From: Eubacteriales bacterium | GTDB lineage: Bacteria; Bacillota; Clostridia; Oscillospirales; QAKW01 | Assembly: GCA_045546895.1 (NCBI GenBank) | Contig: JAZQDS010000068.1 | Coordinates: 2,255 to 66,254, forward strand | Direction of reading: 5' to 3' | DNA length: 64,000 bases | In this document: positions 8,523 to 18,829 of the stretch, piece after piece | Numbering within the stretch: the stretch's first letter is position 1 | Layout of the letters: each line of letters begins with the position of its first letter | The notes under the pieces: model-generated | Database searches by the model: none | Told to the model about the DNA's origin: nothing | What the model saw: only the letters and a program-made list of their open reading frames with translations | Position numbers and translations under genes: made by a program

Positions 8523-11123
8523 ATGGGGAAACTTTCTCCGATGATGGAGCAGTTCTTTGAAATTAAGAACCGCTATAAAGATTATATTTTATTTTACCGT
8601 GTTGGTGATTTTTATGAGATGTTCTTTGATGATGCTCATGCAGCGTCCAAAGCGCTTCAATTAACATTGACAGGCAAGGAGTGTGGTCTTGAGGAGCGTG
8701 CGCCGATGTGTGGCGTACCGTTCCATAGCTACGAAAACTATGCCGCGAAGTTGGTGGCAAATGGTTTTAAGGTTGCAATTTGCGAGCAGGTTGAGGATCC
8801 TAAAAGCGCAAAGGGGTTGGTACGCCGTGATGTTGTTCGGGTAATTACTCCCGGTACGGTAACCCAATCCAGCATGTTGGATGAAAACCGCAATAATTAT
8901 CTTGCTTGTATGTTTGCCGGTGATCATCGAGTTGCTTTGGCTTTTGCCGATGTTTCGACCGGTGATATAGAAATGACTGTTTTGGATCATGCTGATGGCG
9001 GTGTTGTTATCAATGAGCTTTCCCGCTTTTCTCCCAGCGAACTTCTGATCAGTGAGCAGGCTTATGAATATCCGGAGGTCTTGAATTATGCCAAAGAGCG
9101 GATCGGTGCATTGGTAACCAAGCTTACCCCTTCCGAGCAGCAGGATCGGATTGCGCCTTTGCTGGAGCATTTTCATATCAAAGCCTTGGATGTTCTCGGT
9201 ATTCCTGATTGTTATGAGAGCATTTCCTGTCTCTATTATCTTTTGGCTTATATTTCCGAAACGCAGAAATGTGATATCAGCTATCTGGATAAGCTGAAGG
9301 TTTTTCGCCCCAGCCAATATATGGAACTGGATGCGGCAACGCGGCGTAATCTTGAATTGACCGAAAGTATTCGCCGCAGTGATAAAAAGGGAACGCTTTA
9401 TCATGTTTTGAATAAAACAAAAACCTCCTGCGGTGCGCGGCTTTTGCGCTCGTTTTTGGAGCGTCCGTTGGTTAGTATTGATGAAATCAATCTTCGCCTT
9501 GCGGCGGTGGATGAACTGAAGAATAATCCCATCCATCGCGATGAATTGCGCGAACTATTGAACCAAACTTATGATATGGAGCGCTTAATGGCGCGTGTGA
9601 TGCTTGGAACATGTAACGCAAGGGATATCAGTGCATTAGGGCAAACCTTCGGTCTGTTTCCAAGTATCAAGAATGTTTTAAGTCAATTTAATTGTCGTTT
9701 GATTAAGGAAGCTGATAAAAACCTCGGTGATATGGAGGAGCTCCATCATTTAATCTCAAGATCGATAGCGGATGATTTGCCTCTAACCATTCGTGAAGGG
9801 AATATTATTCGCGATGGTTATGATGCGGAAGTGGATGATTGCCGCAAGATGACCGAGGATTCCGAGCAAATTATGTGTGATTGGGAGGCAAAGGAACGGG
9901 AGGAAACAGGAATTAAATCCTTGAAAATCAGCTATAATAAGGTTTTTGGTTATTATATTGAGGTGACCAAGCTTTATTATGATCTTGTTCCTGCCCATTA
10001 TATCCGTAAACAAACACTTGTAAACTGCGAGCGGTTTATTACGGAAGAACTCAAGCAGCTTGAAACAAAGATTTTATATGCAAATCAGCGCTGCCAAAGC
10101 AGGGAATATGAACTGTTTTGCGGAATCAGAGCAACAGTCGCCGAGCGCTTAAAGGATGTTCAGGCGGCTGCATCGGCGCTGGCGCTTCTTGATGTTTTGG
10201 CTTCCTTTGCGCAGGTGGCGCAGGAAAATAATTATGTCAACCCCATTGTTGATGAAAGCGATGAGATAGAGATCATCGAGGGGCGTCATCCTGTTGTTGA
10301 GAATGTTATGCGGGATACATTATTTGTTCCGAATAATACCTCGTTGAACCAAAATGATCATCGGGTCGCTTTGATTACAGGCCCCAATATGGCGGGAAAA
10401 TCAACTTATATGCGTCAGGTGGCTGTTATTGTTTTGATGGCTCAGATTGGCTGCTTTGTTCCTGCCAAGAGTGCTCATATTGGCATTGTTGATAAGATTT
10501 TTACACGGGTTGGCGCATCGGATGATCTTTCCTCCGGTCAATCTACCTTTATGGTTGAAATGACCGAGGTGGCTTATATCTTAGACAATGCAACCTCTTC
10601 TTCACTTTTGATTTTTGATGAAATCGGAAGAGGCACCTCTACTTATGACGGCATGAGTATTGCCAGAGCAGTAATGGAATATGTTAATGATCCCAAAAAG
10701 ATTGGGGCAAAGACATTGTTTGCTACCCATTATCACGAACTTTGCGCGCTGGGCGATGTCGGAACAGGCATAGTAAACTATAACATTGCTGTTAAAAAGC
10801 GCGGGGATGATATTATCTTTTTGAGAAAAATTGTTCCCGGTGGCGCGGATCGTAGCTATGGTATTGAAGTAGCGGCACTTGCGGGTGTTCGCCCCGAGGT
10901 TGTAAAAAAAGCGAAGCAAATTTTAAAAGATATAGATAATGGCGCTATTGTTATTAATGCGCCTGCCCGCGTTCCAATTGCGGAGGAACCGCAGGTTAGC
11001 ATGGAATTTATGGCGCAGCAAGCGATAATTGATCAGTTGAAGAATCTGGATGTGACAACCTTGACACCAATTGAAACAATGAGCTTGCTCTATGAGATCT
11101 CTAAAAAAGCAAAGGAGCTTTAA
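8523..11123 (+). CDS. mutS: DNA mismatch repair protein MutS
   Basis: 866 aa. N-terminal mismatch-binding region (FYRVGDFYEMF) and Walker A GPNMAGKSTYMRQ. Confidence 0.97.
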   Translation: MGKLSPMMEQFFEIKNRYKDYILFYRVGDFYEMFFDDAHAASKALQLTLTGKECGLEERAPMCGVPFHSYENYAAKLVANGFKVAICEQVEDPKSAKGLVRRDVVRVITPGTVTQSSMLDENRNNYLACMFAGDHRVALAFADVSTGDIEMTVLDHADGGVVINELSRFSPSELLISEQAYEYPEVLNYAKERIGALVTKLTPSEQQDRIAPLLEHFHIKALDVLGIPDCYESISCLYYLLAYISETQKCDISYLDKLKVFRPSQYMELDAATRRNLELTESIRRSDKKGTLYHVLNKTKTSCGARLLRSFLERPLVSIDEINLRLAAVDELKNNPIHRDELRELLNQTYDMERLMARVMLGTCNARDISALGQTFGLFPSIKNVLSQFNCRLIKEADKNLGDMEELHHLISRSIADDLPLTIREGNIIRDGYDAEVDDCRKMTEDSEQIMCDWEAKEREETGIKSLKISYNKVFGYYIEVTKLYYDLVPAHYIRKQTLVNCERFITEELKQLETKILYANQRCQSREYELFCGIRATVAERLKDVQAAASALALLDVLASFAQVAQENNYVNPIVDESDEIEIIEGRHPVVENVMRDTLFVPNNTSLNQNDHRVALITGPNMAGKSTYMRQVAVIVLMAQIGCFVPAKSAHIGIVDKIFTRVGASDDLSSGQSTFMVEMTEVAYILDNATSSSLLIFDEIGRGTSTYDGMSIARAVMEYVNDPKKIGAKTLFATHYHELCALGDVGTGIVNYNIAVKKRGDDIIFLRKIVPGGADRSYGIEVAALAGVRPEVVKKAKQILKDIDNGAIVINAPARVPIAEEPQVSMEFMAQQAIIDQLKNLDVTTLTPIETMSLLYEISKKAKEL

Positions 11124-11124
11124 A

Positions 11125-13110
11125 ATGGCCATCATTCAGGTTTTAGATCAGAATATTGCCAATAAAATAGCGGCCGGTGAGGTGGTCGAGCGCCCGGGAA
11201 GCGTAATCAAGGAGTTGGTTGAAAATTCCTTAGATGCGGGTGCAACGCATATTACTGTTGAAATTAAAAACGGCGGGATTACTTATATGCGCGTTACCGA
11301 TGACGGATGCGGCATGGAGAAGGAGGATGCAAAAACCTGCTTTTTGCGCCATGCTACCAGCAAGATTCGCGATTTAGCCGATCTTTATGCCATTCAAACA
11401 CTGGGCTTTCGCGGCGAAGCGTTGGCGGCGATTTCTTCCGTTTCCCGCATTGAGCTTCATACCTCAACGGGAGGTATCGGCTCCCATTTGGTTTTAGATG
11501 GCGGGAAAGAAACCTTATTTGAGGAGGTTGGAGCCCCGAAGGGAACAACGATTGTTGTTAGGGATTTATTCTTTAACACCCCTGCCAGAATGAAGTTTTT
11601 AAAAACAGATCGCTCGGAAGGTGGTTTCGTTGCTGCGCTGATGGATCGCCTTGCATTATCCCATCCGCATGTTTCTTTTCGGTTGATTCAAGATGAAAAG
11701 GTGACGCTTTCAACGGATGGCAATGGTAAATTGCTTGATGTAATTTATTCCATTTGGGGCAAAGAGATTACCAAAGGAATGCTTCAAGCAGATGCTGAAA
11801 TTCAGCAGGTGCGTGTTTATGGCTATGTTGGGGAGCCTACCGTTACCAAAAATAATCGTAATTTTCAGCTTTGCTATATTAATGATCGATTGGTACGCAG
11901 CCAGACTGTTTTTGCGGCAATTGATCAGGCATATCGTAATAATTTATTTCATGGCCGCCATGCGGTATGTGTATTAAAACTGGTAATTCCGCATGGATTG
12001 GTTGACGTTAATGTTCATCCCGGCAAAATGGAGGTTAAGTTCTCCAATGAGAAGCTGGTTTTTGAAGCTGTTTATTATGCGATTAAGAATGCACTGAATA
12101 AGCAAACACTTCTTGGCAGCGAAGAAAAGGAAGTTTCTGCCCCTGCAGTTTCGGATCAAAAGAGGAATGTTGCCCCCAAAACTGCCCCTAAAGCGCATGA
12201 TTTTGGCGCTGTTGAGGTCTTGGAGCAACCGGTTTCGCTGATCAGTAATTTAACGAAGGAAAAGGCAAGCGTGAAGATTCAAGAGGATAATTCTCCGATT
12301 GTTTCAATGCCGAAACCGTTAAGTGCCTCGCGTAAAAGTAATTTTACTTTACACGAGGAAAAAGAGGTTTTTAGTGACGAATTCAAAAAAATATCCCAAA
12401 ATCTAATGGAAAAGCGAGCCGAAAAACGCGATGTTGCAGCAGACCCGCCGATAATGAAGCCTATAATCCGTAAAGAGGCGCCGTTGGTTGAAGAAAAACC
12501 AAAGGATCAGGAGAAGAAGCAACCGAAAGAAGCAATGGTTCAATATCGTTTTATCGGCGAGCTTTTCAGCACATATCTTTTGATCGAAAGCGGCAGCAGT
12601 TTATATCTGATTGATAAGCATGCAGCCCATGAACGTATGATTTTTGAACGCCTTTTAAAAGAGCGCAACGCCCAAAAACCTGCGCAACAACAGATGCTGG
12701 TGCCCGAAACCTTGCGCTTATCGCAGGAGGAATGTCTCTTTGCTTTAGAGCATCAGGCTGAATTCACTAAAATCGGCTACGAAATTGATGCGTTCGGAGA
12801 CCGCAAAATTATTTTAAGAAGCCGTCCTCTTTGTCTTACAAATGAAACGGCTACAGAGGCCTTTTCCGAAATTCTTTCGGAATGGATGAATGGCGGGAAA
12901 AAAGATTTTACAGATCGGGAAAACCTCGCATTAAAGACTATGGCTTGCAAATCAGCTATTAAAGCCGGGAATATTAATGATCGGCGGGAATTGGAAACTT
13001 TGATTGAAAAGTTGATCCGCGAGGATGAAATTCATCAATGCCCCCATGGCAGACCGATTATGATCGCTTATTCTAAAAACGAAATCGAAAAGGCATTTAA
13101 ACGAATTTAA
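11125..13110 (+). CDS. mutL: DNA mismatch repair endonuclease MutL
   Basis: ORF 11092.. trimmed to ATG 11125 (MAIIQVLD...). GHKL ATPase motifs (IAAGEVVERP, ELVENSLDAG) and the endonuclease motif DKHAAHERMIFE. Confidence 0.95.
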   Translation: MAIIQVLDQNIANKIAAGEVVERPGSVIKELVENSLDAGATHITVEIKNGGITYMRVTDDGCGMEKEDAKTCFLRHATSKIRDLADLYAIQTLGFRGEALAAISSVSRIELHTSTGGIGSHLVLDGGKETLFEEVGAPKGTTIVVRDLFFNTPARMKFLKTDRSEGGFVAALMDRLALSHPHVSFRLIQDEKVTLSTDGNGKLLDVIYSIWGKEITKGMLQADAEIQQVRVYGYVGEPTVTKNNRNFQLCYINDRLVRSQTVFAAIDQAYRNNLFHGRHAVCVLKLVIPHGLVDVNVHPGKMEVKFSNEKLVFEAVYYAIKNALNKQTLLGSEEKEVSAPAVSDQKRNVAPKTAPKAHDFGAVEVLEQPVSLISNLTKEKASVKIQEDNSPIVSMPKPLSASRKSNFTLHEEKEVFSDEFKKISQNLMEKRAEKRDVAADPPIMKPIIRKEAPLVEEKPKDQEKKQPKEAMVQYRFIGELFSTYLLIESGSSLYLIDKHAAHERMIFERLLKERNAQKPAQQQMLVPETLRLSQEECLFALEHQAEFTKIGYEIDAFGDRKIILRSRPLCLTNETATEAFSEILSEWMNGGKKDFTDRENLALKTMACKSAIKAGNINDRRELETLIEKLIREDEIHQCPHGRPIMIAYSKNEIEKAFKRI

Positions 13111-13127
13111 ATACTCAGGAGAGGGCT

Positions 13128-14081
13128 ATGCAAAAGATTATTGCAATTGTTGGACCGACTGCCTCCGGAAAAACCGCGATTTCACTCGCGATTGCAAAAA
13201 AATTCGGTGGCGAAATAATATCGGCTGATTCAATGCAAATTTATCGCGAAATGAATATCGGTACCGCAAAGCCTTCCTTGGAGGAGCGTGCGGGGATTCC
13301 GCATCATTTGATGGGCCATATCAGCGTTGAAGCGGTTTATAACGTTGCTGAATACGCCAATGAGGCACGCTTGATTTTGGATGAAATGGATGCGCGCGGA
13401 TGCTTGCCCATTATTTGCGGTGGGACAGGCCTTTATATGGACCATTTACTGAGCAATACCGAATTTTTTGAAATTCCTTTGGATGAAAAAATTCGATTGA
13501 CTTATCAAGAAATGGCTCATCAAAGAGGAAATGACGCAGTTTATGCCCTTTTAAAAGAGCGAGATCCCCAATTGGCTGCCCATCTTCATCCTAATGACAG
13601 TAAAAGAGTTATTCGCGGGCTGGAGGTTCTCGAAATAACAGGGAAACGATTATCGGAATTACAGCAGGAAAGCATTCGTGAATCCCCCTATGAGGTCTTA
13701 TATATCGGCTTGAATTACCATGATCGGCAAAAACTATATGAACGAATTAATCTTCGGGTTGATCTGATGATTCAAAATGGTCTTTTGGATGAAATTGAAA
13801 TTCTGATGAAGGATTATAATCTCTCCGCAACCGCGCGCGCAGCGATTGGCTATAAGGAACTGATGGATGCGATTGAAGCGGGGGAGCCGATTACATCTGC
13901 GATTGAATTAATTAAACAAAAATCGCGGAATTATGCCAAGCGGCAGATAACATGGTTTGGAAAAAATCAAAAGATTCATTGGTTTTATAGGGATGAAATG
14001 AGCGATGAGCAGATGTTAGAGAATGCCTTCGCTCTGGTGGATGCATTTTTGGAGAAAGGAGCAAAGCGTGAAGAACGGTAG
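13128..14081 (+). CDS. miaA: tRNA dimethylallyltransferase MiaA
   Basis: P-loop IVGPTASGKT, plus SADSMQIYREMNIGTAKP. Confidence 0.95.
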   Translation: MQKIIAIVGPTASGKTAISLAIAKKFGGEIISADSMQIYREMNIGTAKPSLEERAGIPHHLMGHISVEAVYNVAEYANEARLILDEMDARGCLPIICGGTGLYMDHLLSNTEFFEIPLDEKIRLTYQEMAHQRGNDAVYALLKERDPQLAAHLHPNDSKRVIRGLEVLEITGKRLSELQQESIRESPYEVLYIGLNYHDRQKLYERINLRVDLMIQNGLLDEIEILMKDYNLSATARAAIGYKELMDAIEAGEPITSAIELIKQKSRNYAKRQITWFGKNQKIHWFYRDEMSDEQMLENAFALVDAFLEKGAKREER

Positions 14082-15300
14082 TTTGACGTTTATTAAGATA
14101 ATTATTGGTTTGCTTGCCACGATTGCAATTGTTGTTGTTGGCTATCAGCTTTATAAATATGCTTTTGTTACTATCAAGACCGAAAATGCGATTATGGGGG
14201 AATTAGATGAAACGGTTGATGCCGTTGGTGTCTTTTTTCGGAATGAAGCGATTATCGATGACGGCGGCTATGATTATCTCGATGTTGTTCGCGCCGAGGG
14301 CGAGAGAGTTGCGGCGGGCGGCATTTTAGCACGCGTTTATCGTGATGAAGCCTCCGCAATGACTCAAAAGGAAATTCGCCGTATTCAAGAAAAAATAGAC
14401 ACCTATGAAGAAGTGATTTCTTACAGCGGTTCCTATCAAAGCTCAATTGACAGCATTAATAAAGCAATCTATGATAATCTTTCCAATCTTGCAGCGATTG
14501 CGCAAGAAGGGAAATCTGTAGATACTTTTAATGTGGTCGATACAATCTATATTGATGTTATGAAAAAGAAAATTGCATCCGGCGATTTGGTTCATTATGA
14601 TAGCGTTCTTGCGGAACTTCGCTCAGAGCTTCAGGATTTAAAGCGTTCTGCCGGCGATAGTGTTAAAGCGATTTATGGGCAAAAAAGCGGCTATTTTTCG
14701 CTGGGTACCGATGAACTTGAGGATGAGCTGAATTTGGAGTATTTGGCAGAGCTGAATGCGGGAAATTTTGATCAGGCGAAGGAACTCTGTAAAAAGAACG
14801 CAGAAAACAAATCGGGCGCTCATTTGGGCAAGATGGTATATGATAATTGCTGGTATGTGGCTGTGAAAGTCCCTTCTGATTCGGTGATGCGGCTTGAACT
14901 AAAGGATACGGTTTATATTAACATTCCTTCCTTTGGCGCTGATAAAATTAAATGCACTATTGATGATATTCGAAAAGAGGGGGAAGAGACCGTGTTGGTC
15001 TTATCCTCTTCTGTAATTGATGACAATATCCTTACTTTACGGATGGAAGATGTTCGCCTGATTATTAAAACTCATAATGGTATTCAAGTGCGTCAATCTG
15101 CGCTTCGAAAGGTTGATGGTAAAGACGGTGTTTTTGTAAAGGTGGGCTTATTGCTTCGCTATAAAGAAGTAGAGGTTATCTATAATGACGGTTCGACCGC
15201 ATTGGTAAAATATGATGCTGCCCAAAATGATGGATTGCGGCTATATGATCAGGTGGTATACAAGGGCTCCGGTTTGTATGACGGAAAGGCGGTTTCGTAA
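14068..15300 (+). CDS. membrane-anchored HlyD-like (membrane-fusion / biotin-lipoyl-like barrel) protein, function unknown
   Basis: ORF 14023.. trimmed to GTG 14068, which follows GGAGAAAGGAG. It has one N-terminal TM helix, a lipoyl-like hairpin (VVRAEGERVAAGGILARVY), a coiled-coil stretch and a C-terminal beta-rich part. No transporter partner lies nearby. Confidence 0.5.
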   Translation: MKNGSLTFIKIIIGLLATIAIVVVGYQLYKYAFVTIKTENAIMGELDETVDAVGVFFRNEAIIDDGGYDYLDVVRAEGERVAAGGILARVYRDEASAMTQKEIRRIQEKIDTYEEVISYSGSYQSSIDSINKAIYDNLSNLAAIAQEGKSVDTFNVVDTIYIDVMKKKIASGDLVHYDSVLAELRSELQDLKRSAGDSVKAIYGQKSGYFSLGTDELEDELNLEYLAELNAGNFDQAKELCKKNAENKSGAHLGKMVYDNCWYVAVKVPSDSVMRLELKDTVYINIPSFGADKIKCTIDDIRKEGEETVLVLSSSVIDDNILTLRMEDVRLIIKTHNGIQVRQSALRKVDGKDGVFVKVGLLLRYKEVEVIYNDGSTALVKYDAAQNDGLRLYDQVVYKGSGLYDGKAVS

Positions 15301-15972
15301 ATGAGCTATGAATTGATTTCCCAAAATCTTGAGCGTATAAGAAGCTGCCTTGAGGGGAGTAATACCGAATTGATTGCGGTTACCAAAACGCGGAGTGTTG
15401 ATGAAATAAATTATTGCATTCGCTGCGGGGTTCGCCATATTGGCGAAAACAGAGTGCAGGAATTGCTTGAAAAATATGATCATTTAGAGCTGGAAGGTGT
15501 TACCGTTCATTTGATCGGCAGGCTGCAGACCAATAAGGTGAAATATATCATCGATAAGGTGGATATGATTCATTCGGTCGATTCGCTGCGGTTAGCTGAG
15601 GAAATTTCTAAAAGAGCACTACGCGCCGAGAAGATGATGGATGTTCTTGTTGAGGTTAATATTGGCAATGAGGAAAGCAAGGGGGGGATTGACCCTGCAG
15701 AATTGCCGATTTTCCTGAAAAATATTTCCTCTCTTGGCGGAATCAGGGTTCGGGGTTTGATGTGTATTCCGCCAATCGCCTCGGAAGAGCATCAAAATCT
15801 TAAATATTTTTTGAAAATGAAGCAATTGTTGGTTGACATTACGGAGAAAAAAATAGATAATATAAATATGGATATTCTATCAATGGGGATGTCGGATGAT
15901 TATTCCGATGCCATCAAAGCGGGTAGTTCTTTTATTAGAGTTGGCCGCGGAATATTTGGCCCCAGAAATTAA
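15301..15972 (+). CDS. YggS/YlmE-family pyridoxal-phosphate homeostasis protein
   Basis: LIAVTKTR (PLP lysine) and HLIGRLQTNKVK motifs. The start abuts the upstream stop. Confidence 0.9.
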   Translation: MSYELISQNLERIRSCLEGSNTELIAVTKTRSVDEINYCIRCGVRHIGENRVQELLEKYDHLELEGVTVHLIGRLQTNKVKYIIDKVDMIHSVDSLRLAEEISKRALRAEKMMDVLVEVNIGNEESKGGIDPAELPIFLKNISSLGGIRVRGLMCIPPIASEEHQNLKYFLKMKQLLVDITEKKIDNINMDILSMGMSDDYSDAIKAGSSFIRVGRGIFGPRN

Positions 15973-15986
15973 TGGAGGTATAATTC

Positions 15987-16424
15987 ATGGGTAAATGGGA
16001 TAAGATCAAGGCGGCTATCGGTATTCCCGATGATAGCGATATTGTTGGGAATGATAACGAGCTGGATGAGGTTGAAACAGAAGAAGTTAAAGAGCCTGCT
16101 AAGCTCCGCCGCGATGCAGACCGCGCTTCTAAAGCTGCCCAGCCTGCATCTCGCAATCAGGTGGATATGGTCATTGTTAAATCTAATGATTATAGCGATG
16201 CTCGCGCGGTTGCAGATCATGTTTTGGCGCGCCGTGCCGTGCTCTTAAACCTTGAAAACTGTAATCGCGATATGGCTCAAAGAATTTTGGATTTTTTGAG
16301 CGGAGTTGTTTATGCCCAAGGCGGAGATTTGCAGCGTGTTGCTCATAGTACTTATGCCGTAACTCCGCGGAATGTGGGCCTTCAGGGCGAGCTTACGGAA
16401 GAATATCAAGTAGAGGAATTTTAA
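15987..16424 (+). CDS. sepF: cell division protein SepF
   Basis: 145 aa. The conserved C-terminal SepF core is present (VIVKSNDYSDARAVADHVLARRAVLLNLENC...FLSGVVYAQGGDLQRV). Confidence 0.9.
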   Translation: MGKWDKIKAAIGIPDDSDIVGNDNELDEVETEEVKEPAKLRRDADRASKAAQPASRNQVDMVIVKSNDYSDARAVADHVLARRAVLLNLENCNRDMAQRILDFLSGVVYAQGGDLQRVAHSTYAVTPRNVGLQGELTEEYQVEEF

Positions 16425-16426
16425 AA

Positions 16427-16705
16427 TTGTTTGATATTGCATTATATGTTGTTAATCAGTTGATCAGTCTATATGGTGCTATAATGCTGATTTATTGCCT
16501 GTGTAGCTGGCTGATTCGTGATCCAAGCAATAAATTTATGCAGATTCTTGCGATGATTACCGAGCCTGCGCTCAAGCCAATTAAGAAACTTTTATGGCGG
16601 ATCGAATTTTTTAGAAGATCTCCGGTTGATTTTTCGCCGCTGGTCTTGTTTTTGATTTTGCGCGTTTTGGTATCCTTGCTCGGACGTCTTTCTTATTATG
16701 TATGA
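16427..16705 (+). CDS. YggT-family membrane protein (YlmG-like)
   Basis: 92-aa, 2-TM protein in the canonical position after sepF. TTG start. Confidence 0.8.
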   Translation: MFDIALYVVNQLISLYGAIMLIYCLCSWLIRDPSNKFMQILAMITEPALKPIKKLLWRIEFFRRSPVDFSPLVLFLILRVLVSLLGRLSYYV

Positions 16706-17445
16706 ACGAGCGAAATTATTTAAGTGCAAGAATTGAAGAGCTTGTTGCGCGCGCATCCTGCGGGGAGGAAATGCTTTTTTCTCCTTTTCTTACCGCCGAA
16801 GAAGCGTTGGCAGGGGAGGCGATTTGCCTTCGCAGTCATATGGATTATCTTCTTTGGGGCGGTTATGAAGATGCGGAGCGGCGTCAGCTTGGATTATCCT
16901 CAATGGAAAAAGAGGTTTTTCGATTTTGCTTTCCGATGTGCTTGATTCAGGTCAATGGTTATGGGGTGGAGACGCTTGGTAATCGCGATGTTCTTGGCGC
17001 TTTGATGGCGTTGGGGATCAAGCGGGAAATGCTGGGCGATATTATTGCGCGCAAGGGTAAGGTGATGTTTTTTGCCGCGGAGCAGATGAAGGATTTTTTG
17101 CTCCAAAATGTCAGTACAATCGGTCGGTGTGCAGTAAAGCTCTCGGTTGCCGAACCCCCTTACGATATTCCTGATGCAGATTTTGAGGCGCTTCGGATAA
17201 CGGTGGCTTCTATGCGCGCCGATGCGGTTGTTGGCGCATTGGCAAAAACGTCCCGCGAAAATGCAAGCAGGTTGATCGATGAAAAGCGCGTATTAATCAA
17301 TCATATCATTTTAGATAAAAAAACAAAAGAAATTCATGCAGGAGATTGCCTAGTTGTTCGCGGCAGCGGAAAATGGATTATCGATTCATGCGGCGAGCTT
17401 ACAAGAAAAGGGCGTGTTGCAATCTTATGCAGAAAGTATATTTAG
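16702..17445 (+). CDS. YlmH-like RNA-binding S4-domain protein
   Basis: Canonical position between yggT and divIVA, with a C-terminal S4-like region (MRADAVVGALAKTSRENASRLIDEKRVLINH). Confidence 0.75.
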   Translation: MNERNYLSARIEELVARASCGEEMLFSPFLTAEEALAGEAICLRSHMDYLLWGGYEDAERRQLGLSSMEKEVFRFCFPMCLIQVNGYGVETLGNRDVLGALMALGIKREMLGDIIARKGKVMFFAAEQMKDFLLQNVSTIGRCAVKLSVAEPPYDIPDADFEALRITVASMRADAVVGALAKTSRENASRLIDEKRVLINHIILDKKTKEIHAGDCLVVRGSGKWIIDSCGELTRKGRVAILCRKYI

Positions 17446-17457
17446 GAGGATTTTAAG

Positions 17458-18306
17458 ATGTTGACCCCTGATGCGATTCAAAAGAAAGAGTTTGAGCAAA
17501 GTGTTTTGGGCGGTTATCGCCGCGATGAAGTAGATTCCTTTTTAGATCAGGTGGAAGAAAATTATCGCAAGCTTTATAATGAGAATAATGAGCTTTTAGA
17601 AAAGCTCAAAGCTTGCCTTGCAAAGATTGATGTTTATCAAAAAGATGAGGAATTTCTTAAAAATGCAATAATTAATGCGCAGAAGCTGAATGAAACTACG
17701 CTTCGTGAGATTGAGTTGCGTGAAAAAGAAGTGGAAGTTACAAGTAAGGCAAAAGCTGCCGAAATCATTGCCGAGGCCGAGGGGAAGGCGGAGGAAATGC
17801 TGCAGAAGGCGGAGCGCGAATCCGCAGATGCAATTCAGGCTGCTCGCGAGCGTTGTAAGAACGAAATTGAGATCGAGCAAAAGAATGCCGAAGCTGAGAT
17901 TGCCAAAATTCAGGGAGAGGTTGCTGCCGAGCAGATGAAATTAGACCATCTTCGCGCGCAGGTTGCTGAATTCAAAAATACCATAATCGATATTTATAAG
18001 GCGCATCTCACCTCTATTTCCAAGCTTCCCGATTTTAAACCCGAAGAAGCTGCACCTGCTCCGAAGAAGGAAGAGGCGGCTCCTATTGAAGAGGCCCCTG
18101 CTGTTGAGGAAAAAAATATTGAAGAAGAGCCTATTGCCGAGCCGATTCCTGAGGAAGAATCCCCCAAGGCTGAAGGAATTACCGTTGAATTCAAATTAGA
18201 CGAAAAGGAAGAAAAAGAGGATAAAATCGAAGAGCCGGTTGTAAAGGCGCCGAAATTTGAAAATCTGAAATTCGGCGTTGACTATGATATAAATAAAGAC
18301 AACTAA
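17458..18306 (+). CDS. divIVA: DivIVA-domain cell division/septum-site protein
   Basis: N-terminal DivIVA motif LTPDAIQKKEFEQSVLGGYRRDEVDSFLDQV, a coiled coil, and a long acidic/Pro-rich tail. Confidence 0.85.
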   Translation: MLTPDAIQKKEFEQSVLGGYRRDEVDSFLDQVEENYRKLYNENNELLEKLKACLAKIDVYQKDEEFLKNAIINAQKLNETTLREIELREKEVEVTSKAKAAEIIAEAEGKAEEMLQKAERESADAIQAARERCKNEIEIEQKNAEAEIAKIQGEVAAEQMKLDHLRAQVAEFKNTIIDIYKAHLTSISKLPDFKPEEAAPAPKKEEAAPIEEAPAVEEKNIEEEPIAEPIPEEESPKAEGITVEFKLDEKEEKEDKIEEPVVKAPKFENLKFGVDYDINKDN

Positions 18307-18319
18307 GGAGATTTTTTTC

Positions 18320-18829
18320 TTGAAATTTATCAAGCGTTTTTATTGGCTGATTTTATCGTTGGCCTTTGTTGTTTTGGATCAGTTCTCAAAATGGGTAGTG
18401 GTCAAAACAATTCCAATCAATGATTCGATTATCGTTGTTCCCGACTTTTTTTCTCTCACCCATGTTCGGAATACAGGCGCCGCTTTTGGTATTTTATCTA
18501 ATCAGCGCTGGATCTTTATGGTCTTTACATCGATTGTGATCATTGTTTCTGTTGCTCTCCTTATTTCAAAGAAAGTTGTTAATCCATGGGGGATTCTTGC
18601 GTTTTCCCTGATTATCGGCGGTGGCATCGGAAATATGATTGATCGGATCTTTCTCGGCGAAGTGATAGATTTTTTTGCTTTTAATTTCTGGGGTTATCAG
18701 TTTGCTGTTTTTAATGTGGCGGATATTTTCGTTTGTTGCGGTACTTTTTTATTAGCATTCTATATCTTTTTCTCTAAAGATTTTGATTCCAAGAAAAAAA
18801 CAGGGGAAATGAAAAATGGAGAAAATTGA
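18320..18829 (+). CDS. lspA: lipoprotein signal peptidase II
   Basis: VRNTGAAFG and FAVFNVAD motifs with 4 TM segments. TTG start 9 nt after AAGGAG. Confidence 0.9.
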   Translation: MKFIKRFYWLILSLAFVVLDQFSKWVVVKTIPINDSIIVVPDFFSLTHVRNTGAAFGILSNQRWIFMVFTSIVIIVSVALLISKKVVNPWGILAFSLIIGGGIGNMIDRIFLGEVIDFFAFNFWGYQFAVFNVADIFVCCGTFLLAFYIFFSKDFDSKKKTGEMKNGEN

